This document shows positions 12,286-25,953 of a stretch of DNA of 64,000 nucleotides, piece by piece; position 1 is the first letter of the stretch; each line of letters starts with the position of its first letter. The notes beneath the pieces are model-generated. The model worked only from the letters and a program-made list of their open reading frames with translations. It did no database searches and was not told the origin of the DNA. The position numbers were made by a program, and so were the translations under genes. This stretch comes from Euprymna scolopes (lineage: Eukaryota), in assembly GCA_053919585.1 (NCBI GenBank), contig CM132792.1; one strand, 5' to 3'.

Positions 12286-13485
12286 ATGGAAGACTTATCA
12301 AAAATGTTCATGCAATTTTTACAAGCACAGGCTGAGCGGGATGAACGCAGACAAGCTACACAAAACGAGCCTTTGCAAACACAAATACAGTCGCAGGCTG
12401 ACCGCGAGGAAAAGAGAGAGGACAGATTATTGAAATGGCAGCAGGAACAAGAAGAAAAGCAGAAAATGGCGCAATTAAAGCAGAAAAAACTGCAATTAGA
12501 ACAGGAAGAAAGGCATAAGAAACTACAATTGGAATATGAAGAAAGACAAGAGGAACGTTTTGCTAAAACACTGGAACTACTAAAGAGTAATCGAGAAAAT
12601 GTCGATAGTGTTAATTTCTCCCATACAACTATTTTTAATAGCATGGACACATTTCATTATGTGCCTGAGGAAGAGAAGAATTTTGAAGCATACTACACAA
12701 GATACGAGGATGTTTTTCAACTGGACTGTAAAAATTGGCCAAATAGTCAGAAAGTGAGCCTCTTACTCAGAAAATTGGGTACATCAGAACACAGAAAATT
12801 CGTAGATTACATATTACCTAAAAAAACTGCGGAATTAGAGTTCATGGAAGCTGTAAAATTACTAAAAGAATTATTTAATCAAAATATCTATCTTTTTCAT
12901 AAAAGATTGCTGTGCATGAATCTAAGAAAGATGGACAACCAAGATTATTTGACATACGCATCAGTTGTCAATAAAAGCTGCGATAATTTTAAGCTTGCAG
13001 AACTAACGGTAGAAGATATTAAATGTCTAATCTTCGCTCAAGGATTAGTTTCCACGAAAAATGCAGAAATACGCAGACGAGTGTTGTCTAAGCTGGAATC
13101 TGAGCAAGATTTAACCCTCCAGAAACTAGCAGAGGACTGTGAAAGGGCCATTACACTAAAAAAGGATTTTAAAAATATAGAAGAATCCGGAGTGGCATAT
13201 GTAAGAAAAGTTAGAAAACTATACGCACCAACCAAGAACTTTACAAAGAAAAGCAATGGAACGGGATATTCCAAAGATAATAACCATAAATATAGTACAC
13301 ATTATAACAAGCCTCTTCCTAGATATAACTGTAAGAGATGTGCAGAAAAGCATTGGGAATCAGATTGTCCTTATAAGAAGAAAAATGCTACATTTGTAAG
13401 AAGGTGGGACACAAAAGCGATTGCTGCAGATATAAAGATTACACCAGAAAGAGAGTACAGCAAACAAAATCAAATACAAAATTAG
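12286..13485 (+). pseudogene. Gag of the Mag-like element
   Basis: Probable start MEDLSKMF, a Q/E-rich coiled coil, FEAYYTRYEDVF, and knuckle CKRCAEKHWESDC. A second knuckle, CYICKKVGHKSDC, follows a frameshift in the A-run at ~13380. Confidence 0.88.
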
Positions 13486-16158
13486 ACAAAGATCGGCGAA
13501 CATACGTAAAAGTGGAAATATTTAAAACATCAATAAAGTTACAACTCGACTCCCGCTCCGATGTTTCTATAATAAACCTGAATACGTGGAAAAAGTTGGG
13601 AAAACCGGCCATGATGAAAACTAGTAAAGCAGCCCGGACGGTAACTGGTGGTGGTATAACATTTGAAGGAGAAGTTGTCCTCCCGATAAAATTGAAATGG
13701 AATTTAAAAGAAATTAAAAATATTCGTACTAAAAAATAGTGAAAATTTGTTTGGAATAGATTTAATTGAGAATTTCGGACTATGGGATAAGCCAATCAAT
13801 ACATTCTGTAAAAAATTAGAATGTTCTTCTCCAACAACAGTAAATATAAAAGACGATTTAAAAGAATTATTTCCTGAGGCATTCACGACTAACTTAGGTC
13901 GCTGCAATAATTTCAAGGCCTCGTTTGAACTTAAAGAAAACGCCAGCCCAATTTTTAGAAAAAAGAGAAATGTTCCGTTCGCTGGGTTGGAAAAGATTGA
14001 TAAAGAATTAAATGGATTGGAACAGACGGGAATTCTATCAAAAATAGAACACAGCGAGTGGGCAGCCCCCACTGTATACGTAAAGAAAAAGAATGACGAA
14101 GTAAGAGTGTGTGCAGACTTTTCGACCGGGGTCAACTCCCTATTAAATATCACTATTACCCCCTACCAAGCCCAGAGGAAATATTCACGTAGTTGAATGG
14201 GGGTAATATCTTCTCCAAGATAGACTTGAGCGACGCGTATTTGCAAATACCGGTCGAGGAGAATTGCTCAAAAATACTATGCATCAATACGCATAAGGGA
14301 TTATACAAATACAACCGATTGCCTTTTGGCATCAAAGTAGCGCCCGCCATCTTTCAGCAAGCGATGGACACCATGCTAAGTGGTATTGAGTGCGCATGTG
14401 CATACCTGGACGACATTGTTGTCAGGAGCAAATCCCTAGAAGAACATAAGGAACATTTTAAACAAGTATTTACTCGAATACAAGAATTCGGCTTTAAAGT
14501 AAAAGAAAGTAAATGTGACTTTTGTATGAGCGAGATTAAGTACCTTGGACACATAATACACAAACATGGACGACGTCCAGACCCAGACAGATCTGCGGCA
14601 ATAAAAAATATGCCAGCACCCGATAATGTAACAACCTTGCAGAGTTTCTTAGGATTCGCAAATTATTACCAATCTTTTATTGAAGGAATGCATAACTTGC
14701 GAGCCCCCTTAAATAATCTGCTTAAAAAGGATACACCGTGGAACTGGACGCAAGAATGTCAAACCGCTTTTGACAAAATAAAGAGCGCACTAACATCCGA
14801 ATTATTCTTAACGCACTTTGACACAAACTTAAAAATAGTCGTCGCTAGTGACGCTAGCTCCTACGGCTTAGGAGCATGCATTCAACATATTATGCCGGAT
14901 GGGTCTAGAAAACCAATAGCGCACGCTTCGAGAACGCTGATACCAGCCGAAAAGGCATATTCACAAATCGAAAAAGAAGCGTTGAGCATAATCTTTGCCG
15001 TGACTAAATTTCACCGATATTTATACGGTAGACAATTCATACTTGAAACCGACCATAAACCGTTAGTCACGATCTATGGATCAATAAAAGGATTGCCGGT
15101 ATACACCGCAAATAGATTGCTGCGCTGTGGTACAATACTACTTAATTACGCTTTCCAGCTACAACATCTAGCATAAAAAAAGATTTGCCATGCGGATGGA
15201 CTGTCAAGACTGATACCACAGAAACACAATCTGGAAGAATCAGTCATTGCAGCAATTCGGACAAATGTTGAAGCAAAAAATATGATAGCAAACATCATTA
15301 AGGAACTACCCGTAACTTTGTCGGACATTAAAAGGGAAGCCGAGAAAGACGAATATATAAAGGACACAAAAGAGAAAATTATAACGGACACAAAGGTGCA
15401 GGAATTTTTCTCCATATGTGACGATGTGTTACTGTACAGCGAGAGAGTGGTAATACCCAAAACATTGCAGAATAGGATGTTAAGAGATTTCCTAACAGGA
15501 CATCCGGGAATAAATCGAATGAAGTCGTTAATGAGAAGCTACGTGTACTGGCGTAACATGGACACTGACATAGCGACAACAATTGATAAATGCAAAGGAT
15601 GCCAGTTAGCGGCAAAATCTCTACCGAGCGTTAAAGAAATCCATTGGAACACCAACAGAAAAAGCTTTGCAACAATTCTTGCAAGTATATAGGATTACAC
15701 CACATCCTAGTGCAACATCAAACATATCACCAGCTGATCTAATGTTTGCCAGAAAGGTAAAATCAGCGTTTGACAAACTATTGCCAAGGCAGGCAATTAT
15801 GCGAAACACTACATACACGAGAAGAAAGAAATATAACTCGTGAGATTGAGTATATTTTAAGTGCTACAGAAATAACACATCTTACTGGGAATGTGGAGTA
15901 GTGGATAAACGCATTGGTGATTGTACATACATGATTAAAGGTCCACATAATATACATAAAAGGCACCTAAATCAGATAAAAAAACGTCATATCCAAGATG
16001 ATGATACGACAACAGTCAAAGAGAAGGACACCATAGATATCATATACGAATCTTTTAATTTGGAACCACCTCAAAATGCACCTGAACCCCGAAGATCAGG
16101 TAGGAAAAGAAAAGTGAATGAACCATTAATGGTAAACCCAAAAAGAAAAAGATATTGA
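13386..16158 (+). pseudogene. Pol (protease, RT, RNase H, partial integrase) with stops and frameshifts
   Basis: LQLDSRSDVSII (protease), SEWAAP, RLPFGIKVAPAIFQ, YLDD at 14403, DASSYGLGA and YSQIEKEAL (RNase H), GHPGINRMK..CKGCQ (integrase zinc finger). Confidence 0.93.
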
Positions 16159-16180
16159 AATCTGTGTGACTTCAAATCTT

Positions 16181-16190
16181 GGGAGGGGGG
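16181..16190 (+). promoter_or_regulatory. Polypurine tract
   Basis: gggagggggg immediately precedes the 3' LTR. Confidence 0.92.
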
Positions 16191-16462
16191 TGTTGTGGTG
16201 GCAACCACTTATTTGCATATGCGAATAACATAACACTATAAATGGCAAGCCTAGGTTGGCCTTGGTGTGTCTTACTCAAATGCCACCGGAAGTGACGCCG
16301 AATAGCGTACATCTCCTCCCACCAAGACTCTGACTCGACACCTTCATCTGTACATATTGTAAATATACCTTTTCTTTAATACACTTATTATTGCGTTATC
16401 TTGTTGTTTGCGTCTTGATTGTATTTCCTTACTAATTATTGCTCAACCTTGCAACCACAACA
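16191..16462 (+). repeat. 3' LTR (272 bp)
   Basis: Direct repeat of 11075-11348, followed by TSD GTTAT. Confidence 0.97.
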
Positions 16463-16859
16463 GTTATCTTACGGAAATCTTTTTGGACTCACTAATCGCC
16501 TCACGTATTGCGAATTTTGGGCGTTACTATATATTTACAACTATAAATATTTGGCATGCTAAGTATTCTCTTTTATTCTATCTTTCAACTTATACTTTTT
16601 CTCGACTATTTAAAAAATTGAGCTAAGCAGTAAAGCTAGATATTATATACACTTAACTATCGCTAAAAATCTTCCTCTGAGAAGAGCAAACCTTCTTTGA
16701 TACTCCGTGAAATGAGGAACCTTTCAGTTTTATTTCGTATTTCTTGGTTTTGAATAAAGTATTGCAAATTTTTATTCTACAACATCTTGTCCTTTTCTAA
16801 TTATATTAAGTTCTCTCACTGATAATAAATCTTTTAAATAAGAATAGGGTTATTTTTCG

Positions 16860-16899
<40 letters not shown>

Positions 16900-16905
<6 letters not shown>

Positions 16906-18177
16906 GTTTATATTTCTGCACTTTTGAATCCAAAATGTTTTAAGTAGTGTTGTTTTTACACTTTGCCTCCAATTTTTATCCCTAAATATTTATTGTTTCG
17001 GGCTTAAAGTGAATTAAAAAGTGTTATCCATGTCCAAGTACCTTACATCTAAAATTGCAAGCGTTTAGACCACAAATTGGCGAAGGAGTTTGGTAGAGTT
17101 TTCAAAGGTCATATTGTTCAGCTCTTACTCCTGGGTAGCACAATTTCTGGCCGAAAACGGATCAAAAAGTTATTTTTCCAAAATCTCCATACATCTTATG
17201 TCAAATATTTAGTATGTAGACGGAGAATTGACAGAGTTGTTTGGTAGGTAAATGTACACACTTAGATACAGAGACAATTTAACTTGTATAACTTATATAT
17301 GTACTAGCATTTAAGCCCGGCGTTTCCCGGGTACTTGGGCGTGTGCGTTCAGCAAAAATAAAAATGTGATAGTAGGAAGGCAGGCGCGAACCCGTACCGC
17401 GAAAGAGGAAAATGGCAGTAAAAAAAGTGACGTCTTTGCTGTTACGACCACCGCCAAACGTAATGTAAATTTTAATATAGCCTAGCCAATCGAAAAGAGG
17501 GGACGACTTTCGAAAATATTGCGAAAATAACGACCCCTCCCTGTGGCAAAGTGCCCAGTTGAGGGTGAACAAATGAATGTTTTTAGACAATTTTCGGTAT
17601 TTGTCGTCTGAACGGCCTTTACAAAACGATATTGATCTAGAGAAAATACACCGCGTCTGTCGCAAGTTTTAGGCAGACATGAAAGCATACATACATACAT
17701 TTATATATTGGAAGCTCACATTTCCGACCCAAACCGATTAAAAAGCTTTCCCTATATATGAATACCCTTTATGTAAAATTTCAAATGTTTAGACCAGAAA
17801 TTGTCTGAGTAATTTTGAAGAGACCGCAGATGTCGATTTTTTTTTTAACATTTACCCCTATTATGACCATTTATCATTTATTGTTTTAGGCTCAAATTTA
17901 GTTAGTTAATCAGACCCATGTCCAAGGGACCTATATCTAAAATTTCAAGTGTTTATACCTAAAATTCATGAAGGAGTTTGGTAGGGTTCTAACAGGTCAA
18001 ATCGGTGAACTTTGACCGCTTATCAGCCATATTTCTCTCCGAAAATGGATTACGTCGATTTTCCCAAATCTCAGAACACTGTATATCAAATTTCGAGTCT
18101 GTAGGCAGAAAATTGAAAGTGTTATTGCGTAGTGAAATGTACACAGACATACAGGCACAGCCAGACAGTGATGTTTA

Positions 18178-18239
<62 letters not shown>

Positions 18240-19480
18240 TATAGTAGGAGTTCAGCCCAGATTTGCTCGGGCCCTATGTACTGTTCGTAACTTGCCTTAC
18301 GTGTGAATACACGTTATGTAAGATTTCAAATGTTTAGACCAAACATCGTCTGAGTAATTTCGAAAGCACCGCACAGGGAAATTTTTTATAACTTGAACCC
18401 CAATTTTGACCACTAAAGACGCATTTTTGGGCACGAATTTAATTAAAACGTTTGGCCCATGCCCACGTAACCTTCATCTAAAAGTTTAAGTGTTTAGACC
18501 AAAACTTGACGGAGGAGTTAGGTAATCTCCAAGGTCAACTCTGTAAACTTTAACCTCTTGCCAGCTAAATTCTCACCCAAAAACTGATCATTATACTTAC
18601 TGAATTTTTGAATAAGCGTTTTATAAAATTTCAAATATGTCGACCCAAAATTGGTTTAATAGTTTGCTAGAGATTGCAAAGATAAAATTTTCTGAACTTT
18701 TACCCCATGGGAGTCAAATTTTCAGCCAAAAAAGAAAATCGATTAAAAAGCTTGCCCTATATCTTAATACACTTCATGTAAAATTTCAAATGTTTAGACA
18801 AGAAATTAGATGAGTAAATTGGTAGAAACCACATTTAAAAAAAAAAAACTTTGACCGCAATTATGAACCTTTCACATTAATTGTTTTGGGCTCAAAGCGA
18901 ATTATAACCTAAGATCTCTTTCTAAGAAACCTGCATCTAAAATGTCCAGTGTTTAGACCAAAAATTGGCGGAGGTGTTTTTTAAACGTAAAGTCCTTGAA
19001 CTTTGACACTTTAACAGCAAAATTTCTGGCCGAAAACCGATTAAATTTTTTTTTCCAAATCTCAATACCTCTTATGTCAAATCTCGAGTCTCTAGACTGA
19101 AAATTGATGGTTTATTTGTAGGGAAAGGTAAACAAACACACACACACAGACATTTTCACTTTTATAGATATATTAGCAGTTCCGCCCGGCTTTGCTCAGA
19201 CTCTATCTATGTTCATAACTTTATATGCATATGTATATATTAAAAAGTATGGATATGTACGGTAATGCCTTTATATACAGTAGGGCTCATTACCTTCCAA
19301 TAGAGAAAAGTAAATAGAGACAGCGAACGTAATCTTTTTTTTTTCTAAATTGACCTCCATTTTGACCACTTAACATGTATTGCTTTCGACTCAAATTGAA
19401 TTAAAATGTTTGACACATTTCCAAGTAACCTAGATATAAAAATTCTCGTGTTTCGATCCAAAATTAATAATAGGATATTA
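16900..19480 (-). mobile_element. Head-to-tail cluster of non-autonomous Helitron-like elements (two families)
   Basis: Minus-strand 3' ends with a GC hairpin and CTAG-like terminus at 17304 (cccgggaaacgccggg-cttaaatg-CTAG), ~18245 and ~19172. Internal subrepeat aaatttcaa(a/g)tgtttagacc.aaaattg occurs many times. 5' end tctataaagtgaaaatgtctgtgtg at ~19168. Confidence 0.75.
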
Positions 19481-19681
19481 ATTAAAGTTAATGTTTAAAA
19501 GGATACGCAAATTAGCTAGATCTTTTCGAAATTAAGACAATTACAACAATCTTATATAACAACGTTGTATTTTCTTTTTAAATAAATAGAAAAAGGGTTT
19601 TCTATGAATATCAGTGCACAGAAAAACACAGAATATCGCAGTATTGATGATACACACGCATGCCCAAACACACACACACGC

Positions 19682-19719
<38 letters not shown>

Positions 19720-19764
19720 CTGTGGGTGTGTGTGTGTCTGTGTATCATCAATAATCCATACATA

Positions 19765-21240
19765 GTTTGATGTCACAATAGGGGTCCCCGAACTTTGCAC
19801 AAGTCACGGATCTTGTTGGCGTTTATATACTAAATGAACTATATAAAAACATTTCAGGACTTAAAGGAGGATTATATCGGGATGATGCATTGTTTTACAT
19901 GAACTCTACTAATAGGTTATTTAAAAAAAAATTAAGCCATTCTTTTTATATGAATAGACCCAAATCATAAATGTGTAAACTTCTTAGATATAACCTTGAA
20001 TCAAGACAACACTTATGAACCCTCTATTAAACCTAACGCAACCTTATTTTACATAGATAACAAGTTCGACGATCCGAACAGTATGAAAAAAGCAATGATA
20101 CCTAGCATCTCAAAAAGATTATCTTAAATATAAAAAACGATGAATTATATAATAAAAATAAATAATATAATAAAAAAGGCATTGCTAGATCAGCATATAA
20201 AAAACAAATCAAATGTGTTAAGTAGACTCGAAATATTAATACACGTGTAGAAAGAACAACAAACAACGCAAGTGTAAAATCTTACAACATGTCTATGAAG
20301 AAATATAAAAAAGAAAAAGGAGAAAAAAGGAACGGAAAATAAAACATAAAATAAACACTAAAAAAGAAATACTAGACCATAATAAAAACGACGCAAAAAA
20401 GAAAAATATAAGGAAGAGTCAAACGTGGTATAATCCACCGTTCAGCCACGACATTAAAAATAACATCCCGAGGGAATTTTCCCGAATTATAGACAAAGAT
20501 TTCCCGCAACGTAGTAAACTAAGTAAGATAATCAATACAACACTGTTAAGCTATCCTTCTCAAAATCTGCTTACTTAAAAATACCATAATTGGCTCCAAC
20601 AACAAAAAAGTAAACATATTTTTGAAAAATAGAGATAAGACCGAAAATGAACCTAAGAACGAAAAAGAATGTAACTGCCGGAACATTACTAAATGTCTAT
20701 TGGGAGGAAGTCTTTAACCTCAAACGTAGTATACAAATGTGAAGTTTTAATAACTAATGAAACTAAATATTTGAAAAAGTACGAACACTGGAAATTACTT
20801 TAACGACAGATATCCTAATTACAAAACATCGTTGAAACAAGACACCGAGAAGGACAATAACACTACAAATAACGATCACAACAACAACGCTAATAAAAAC
20901 GAAAACAACAGAAGAAATGATAAAAACAATAGAGACAATCACAATAATGAAGATTGCAATAAAACTAATAGTAATAACGAAAATAACAAGAAAAAACTAA
21001 GGAAACTCAACCACATTAGCAGTATGAGTTAAGGAATTAAAGAAAAAATAACATTGAATATAAAATAAGATCGCCCATAGTAGATAGAACGAAAAATAGA
21101 AACCAAGCAAATCAAAAAGATCCAGCCTTTGTATACTAGAAGCATACCATATACAAATATCAGAAGAAAAATATTAAACAGACGACAAGTCGTAATTCCC
21201 GGATTTTTGCACATATATCGATACTTAATTTCACGCAGGA
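19765..21240 (+). mobile_element. Decayed Naiad-type Penelope-like element (RT plus C-terminal GIY-YIG), 5' truncated
   Basis: Across frames: FDVTIGSP..AQVTDLVG, GLYRDDA, VNFLDITL, KPN..YID, WYNPPFS, VKLSFS, CNCR...C..GG, VVYKCEV, RYPNYKTS, LCILE...ILNRR. Confidence 0.85.
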
Positions 21241-22594
21241 GACCAGATAAAAACAAAAACAGAAACAGAAATATTGAGCGAGTAAAATAAAATAAATAGA
21301 TGAATCGACCCTGTAAGAATAGGGTTAACACAAATAAAAGAACAAAATTGAACGTAATAATGTAATTAAAAAAACTGGATAAATATAATTAAAAATAAAT
21401 AAAATGAAAAAGAAAGAAACAATGAAATAAAGAAAGGAAAAAACAAAACGTATTATATAGGTAAAGAAAAAGATGTAAAGAAAAGTAGCTCTAGTAATAA
21501 AAATATATTCCATGATAGTGACCTCCCTTTGAAACAAAGATATTAACTAATAAATAAGAATTCGAAACCAAACAAAATGAATATTAGAATAAACAAGCAT
21601 AAATATAGAAATAAAAGTGTCAAAATAGGAAAGAATAAAAAATAGGAACAAAAAGTAAATTAAGGTTTGAAACAGAAATTTTGGTTATCATGACTCCCAA
21701 AATGTCCGAGGTGTTACAATTTCTTTTCCCCAAACACCAGGTTTTTCATGTACAAAATCAACTTGTTGTGGGTAACATCTGATAAGTTGGTGAGAGCAGA
21801 ACATTTTAATGAACACATCAAATAATAAAATTGGCATCCCATTAACGAAACAGCTGAATGTAGAAATCTAAGATTAAATAAACACAAGTTACAAAAAAGA
21901 AAAAATGTAAGTTTTCGAATTTAAACAAAGTTCTGTACTATATATGTTGTGCATCTCTAAAATAGATACATTGAACTTCACTCGCAATTAACTGTGATTC
22001 AGTTTTTATGATAACAATCTCAACCTGTTAAACGAAAACGGTATACATTGAAATTAAGTTTCGTGGTTAAATTTTAAATTCTGAAAAAAGCGACATATAG
22101 AGACATATATTCGATTTAAGAATTTATTGTTTGACAACAAAATGTATGGAAGGGTTTATTTTCATTTCCTTAATCCATGGATTTAAACAATGGATCATAT
22201 CATCAGAGGAAATGAAATGCGGTTAGCAAAATGTTCAGCAGCGAATGGGCGCTAACTTTGCTTTTCCGCACAATTATTGAAAATAGTTTTGTGAGTGATT
22301 GTGGATAATTATATGGAAAAAATATACGAAAAGAGAAGTTGATACAATCTGGACAATTCCTTATCGGAAGGGTTCCAATGTCGTTCGGGGTTATAAATCC
22401 AGGTGGGCAGAAAATAAGCCATGGGTAGAAAAAAGAAGTTAAAATTTAGAATTTAAAATGTAACCACAAAACTTATATATTGTTCTATTCTTAAATATTG
22501 AGTTTTTCCTTTTTGGCTAGGATCACCTTGAAAGTATTATTCAAATAATATCTATCAGGATTTTTCATCTGAATTCTATCAGTGTCTTATCTCG

Positions 22595-22668
<74 letters not shown>

Positions 22669-22671
<3 letters not shown>

Positions 22672-23061
22672 CATGGTTGCTCGGCGTTGCCCGGATGTTT
22701 GGAGGCATATGATGAGCAAAAAAAAGGTCATTTTTTAACTTTGACCCCTATTATGACCTTTTAACATTTATTGTTTTGGGCTTAAATCAAGTTATTAAGT
22801 TAGATCCATGTCCAAGGAATCTTTATCTAAAATTTTAAGTGTTTAGACCCAAAATTGTCGGAGAAGTTTGGTAGCGTTCTCAAAGGTAAAATCGTTAAAC
22901 TCTGACCCTTAACAACCAAATTTCTGGCTGAAAACCGATCACATAGATGTTCCCAAATCTCAGTACCCTATATATTAAATTTCGAGTCTGTAGACCGAAA
23001 ATGACAGAGTTATTGCGTAGAGAAATATAAACAGACACACACACAAACTGACACGTTCATT

Positions 23062-23065
<4 letters not shown>
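22669..23065 (-). mobile_element. Short non-autonomous Helitron-like element
   Basis: Same subrepeats as the 18-19 kb copies. Terminal hairpin ccgggcaacgccgagc abuts a (TA)n tract. Confidence 0.7.
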
Positions 23066-23102
<37 letters not shown>

Positions 23103-23759
23103 AGGGAGAGAGATGGAAGTGTGTGCCTGTGTCGTTTTATCTATAGCGTAGAAATGAAGAAAAATACGCTAATTTTTCAAAATGTCGTATACAGGTGTTA
23201 TAAGCGGAGATAAACACGAACTGTTTTTAAATTATGCGTTTTTCCCCGTTTTTGCGCTAAATGGAAGACATACTATTTGAAACTTAAACCTTATAGGATT
23301 AAGAATGTTCTCATAAATGTTGCTTGACAGACCGTAAATCAAGAGGTCTCATCACATTCTTACGGATGTTTTTATGTGTTTTTTTACTGTTTTTGTGAGA
23401 ACCATATGCTAAACATATTATATTAAAAACCGTATTTAATTTCCATGGACGATTATCGTGTAAAGCCTTAAAATCTTTAGAGATTTTAACAGGAGACAGA
23501 TTGAAAATATTTAAACAAGACATTCAGGAAGAGATATTGTTGAGTTATACGTTATTTTAGGAACTTTTATAAAAGCAGTGCAAAACATAATGTATTTAAA
23601 AGAACGGCTGAAAACAAACTTGAATTATTAAATAATTTTGAAGCAGATTTTACAATCGGACATGTATTAATCTGATAAGTAAAATAAATAGAATTATATT
23701 CATGTCATTCTGTGTTAGTGGTTATTCAAGTTCAATCTAGACATTGCCTAAGAATCATA

Positions 23760-23910
23760 TATATGAGGTTCGTTTCAAAAGTAAAATCTTCATTTATTAA
23801 CTCTAAATGCGATCTTGCAATATCAAGATTTATTTTTCTACATATTAAACACGATGCTTAATGCACTGTTGGCAGCAATGAACGATAGTTGTATATGGGT
23901 TTCTGGAGCA
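23760..23910 (-). mobile_element. mariner 3' remnant
   Basis: Minus strand reads CQQCIKHRV*YVEK*, followed by a TIR-like tatgaggttcgtttcaaaagt. Confidence 0.55.
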
Positions 23911-24848
23911 CATATTCTCAAAAAGAGTCGTTTCAAAATTAAAATATTCTATCTTTTTTAACTTTTAATAGTAAAGAACTACGAAAATCTGGGTAGTACT
24001 ATTACAGCGAGCGACATTTTGTGTTCCACAAATTGTTTTTTTTTTAATATTATAACCACCCTTCTCATAGCCGTATTTCTCATATTCGTCTCTGCTTCTG
24101 ACAAACGGTCATGACAATACTTTCTTTCTTAGAGCCTCACACTGTCAATATCTGTAACAGTATGACGAATATTTCAGTTCATATGCGTATATAACAGTGC
24201 AATTTGAAATCCACTCTGATCTTTTCGTTCGAATTAAATCATAGGATGCATTCTTTTCGTTCGTCCATCATATATTAAAGAAAAAGAATTTCCGTTCTGT
24301 AAAAACAGAGAATTTCCAGAGTTTTCTGAAATTTACGTTCACTTTTTTGCTTGCGGGTGTCTTTCTTTCATCCTTTCCAAGGGCCAGGTTGTTATTAGTT
24401 AGAAAAAAAGCTTTGCGGTATTGTAATACACAGAATTGAAGTTATGGAAAATATAGCTTGTTCATGTAAGTTTTAGTGTCTTATAGTTGCACAGAGGACA
24501 AAAAAATGTGGTTGCCAGATGAGGGTTTTGAATAAGAATTGAACTGCGGATTGTAAAGAAAGATAAGCATTTTATCAGAACATATTTTATCAATAATTGT
24601 GGACAATGTCAGCTGGACCTGCTAATAAAGCATATTCATACATTTTATGGAACTTATTCGAAAACCAGTAGTAACCTTATCAATGTACTAATAATGGAAA
24701 TACCATACTACAAGGATGGAAATAAATACGTTACTCCCGTAAAGTAGTGTTATGATACCGATGAACGGTAGTATCGCAAGGAAATAACTTCACTCGCACA
24801 TACAGACATCGACTCAAATACATATATATTGTTAAAAAAATGTACACA

Positions 24849-24914
<66 letters not shown>

Positions 24915-25047
24915 CTAAAATGCAGATATAGCAACTGCCACATCAACGGGTTGAACGTTTAGACACCTAATTAATGGAGATCTTGCCATCAGGTAACATA
25001 TTGCCGACGTTAGACATTGATAATAATTTGGTAATACACTACATGAA

Positions 25048-25953
25048 NNNNNNNNNNNNNNNNNNNNNNNNNNNNNNNNNNNNNNNNNNNNNNNNNNNNN
25101 NNNNNNNNNNNNNNNNNNNNNNNNNNNNNNNNNNNNNNNNNNNNNNNNNNNNNNNNNNNNNNNNNNNNNNNNNNNNNNNNNNNNNNNNAGTCGCGACACT
25201 TATTTCGACAAATAGATGGTTAAAACTAAAAATCCATGCGAAACATTCAATGGTTGCACTACTAAAGAAACCAATTCTGGTTTTAANNNNNNNNNNNNNN
25301 NNNNNNNNNNNNNNNNNNNNNNNNNNNNNNNNNNNNNNNNNNNNNNNNNNNNNNNNNNNNNNNNNNNNNNNNNNNNNNNNNNNNNNNNNNNNNNNNNNNN
25401 NNNNNNNNNNNNNNNNNNNNNNNNNNNNNNNNNNNNNNNNNNNNNNNNNNNNNNNNNNNNNNNNNNNNNNNNNNNNNNNNNNNNNNNNNNNNNNNNNNNN
25501 NNNNNNNNNNNNNNNNNTACTATAATAGTTAAATAACTACAGCCGTTAGTGTTTCATCCCTCCAGAAATCTTCAGTGCAGGGTGTCACGATTAACACCAG
25601 TCGACAGATTCGAAGCCGGAACCACGAGCTATCTAGCTCGATTAGCAAAGAACGTGTCCAATCGGCAACCATTAATCGCGAGAAATAACGTTGGATTTAA
25701 ACATTGTATTTTTAAATGTTCTTTACGTCAGTCACAGTGATCTAATCGTTATGCAGTAATCTATGCATCAGAGCTAAATTGACCGACTTAATTCAACTGA
25801 AAGTNNNNNNNNNNNNNNNNNNNNNNNNNNNNNNNNNNNNNNNNNNNNNNNNNNNNNNNNNNNNNNNNNNNNNNNNNNNNNNNNNNNNNNNNNNNNNNNN
25901 NNNNNNNNNNNNNNNNNNNNNNNNNNNNNNNNNNNNNNNNNNNNNNNNNNNNN
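25048..25953. other. Three assembly gaps (25048-25188, 25287-25517, 25805-25953); further gaps at 38726-38862, 58578-58735 and 60245-60375
   Basis: N runs. ORFs spanning them are artefacts. Confidence 0.98.
25595..25680 (-). mobile_element. tRNA-derived SINE head (decayed)
   Basis: Minus strand has A-box-like tggttgccgattgg and B-box-like gcttcgaatc. Confidence 0.4.

Larger units (their letters stand above)
11075..16462 (+). mobile_element. Full-length, inactivated Ty3/gypsy LTR retrotransposon (Mag-like)
   Basis: Two near-identical TG...CA LTRs, 5 bp TSD GTTAT (11070-11074 and 16463-16467), PBS and PPT. Domain order gag-PR-RT-RH-IN. Confidence 0.97.
21690..24730 (-). pseudogene. Possible heavily decayed Sema-PSI-TIG (plexin/MET-like) exons
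   Basis: Weak motif-like pieces in the expected order on the minus strand: LLAGPADI, VIYAYEL, SIVMTVCQ, SCLNIFNLSPVKISKDF, FVFISAYN, CPDCINF..IFFPYN, DDMIHCLNP, FYYLMCSLKCSAL, WCLGKRNC. Many stops and frameshifts. Recognised by eye only. Confidence 0.3.

Noticed and set aside
12255-15966. Minus-strand ORFs within the gypsy element
   Set aside because: They are antisense shadows of gag-pol with no independent motifs.
16950-19480. Recurring aaatttcaaatgtttagacc motif as a CRISPR-like array
   Set aside because: The repeats are degenerate and irregularly spaced, the intervening sequences are homologous to each other, and the context is eukaryotic Helitron DNA.
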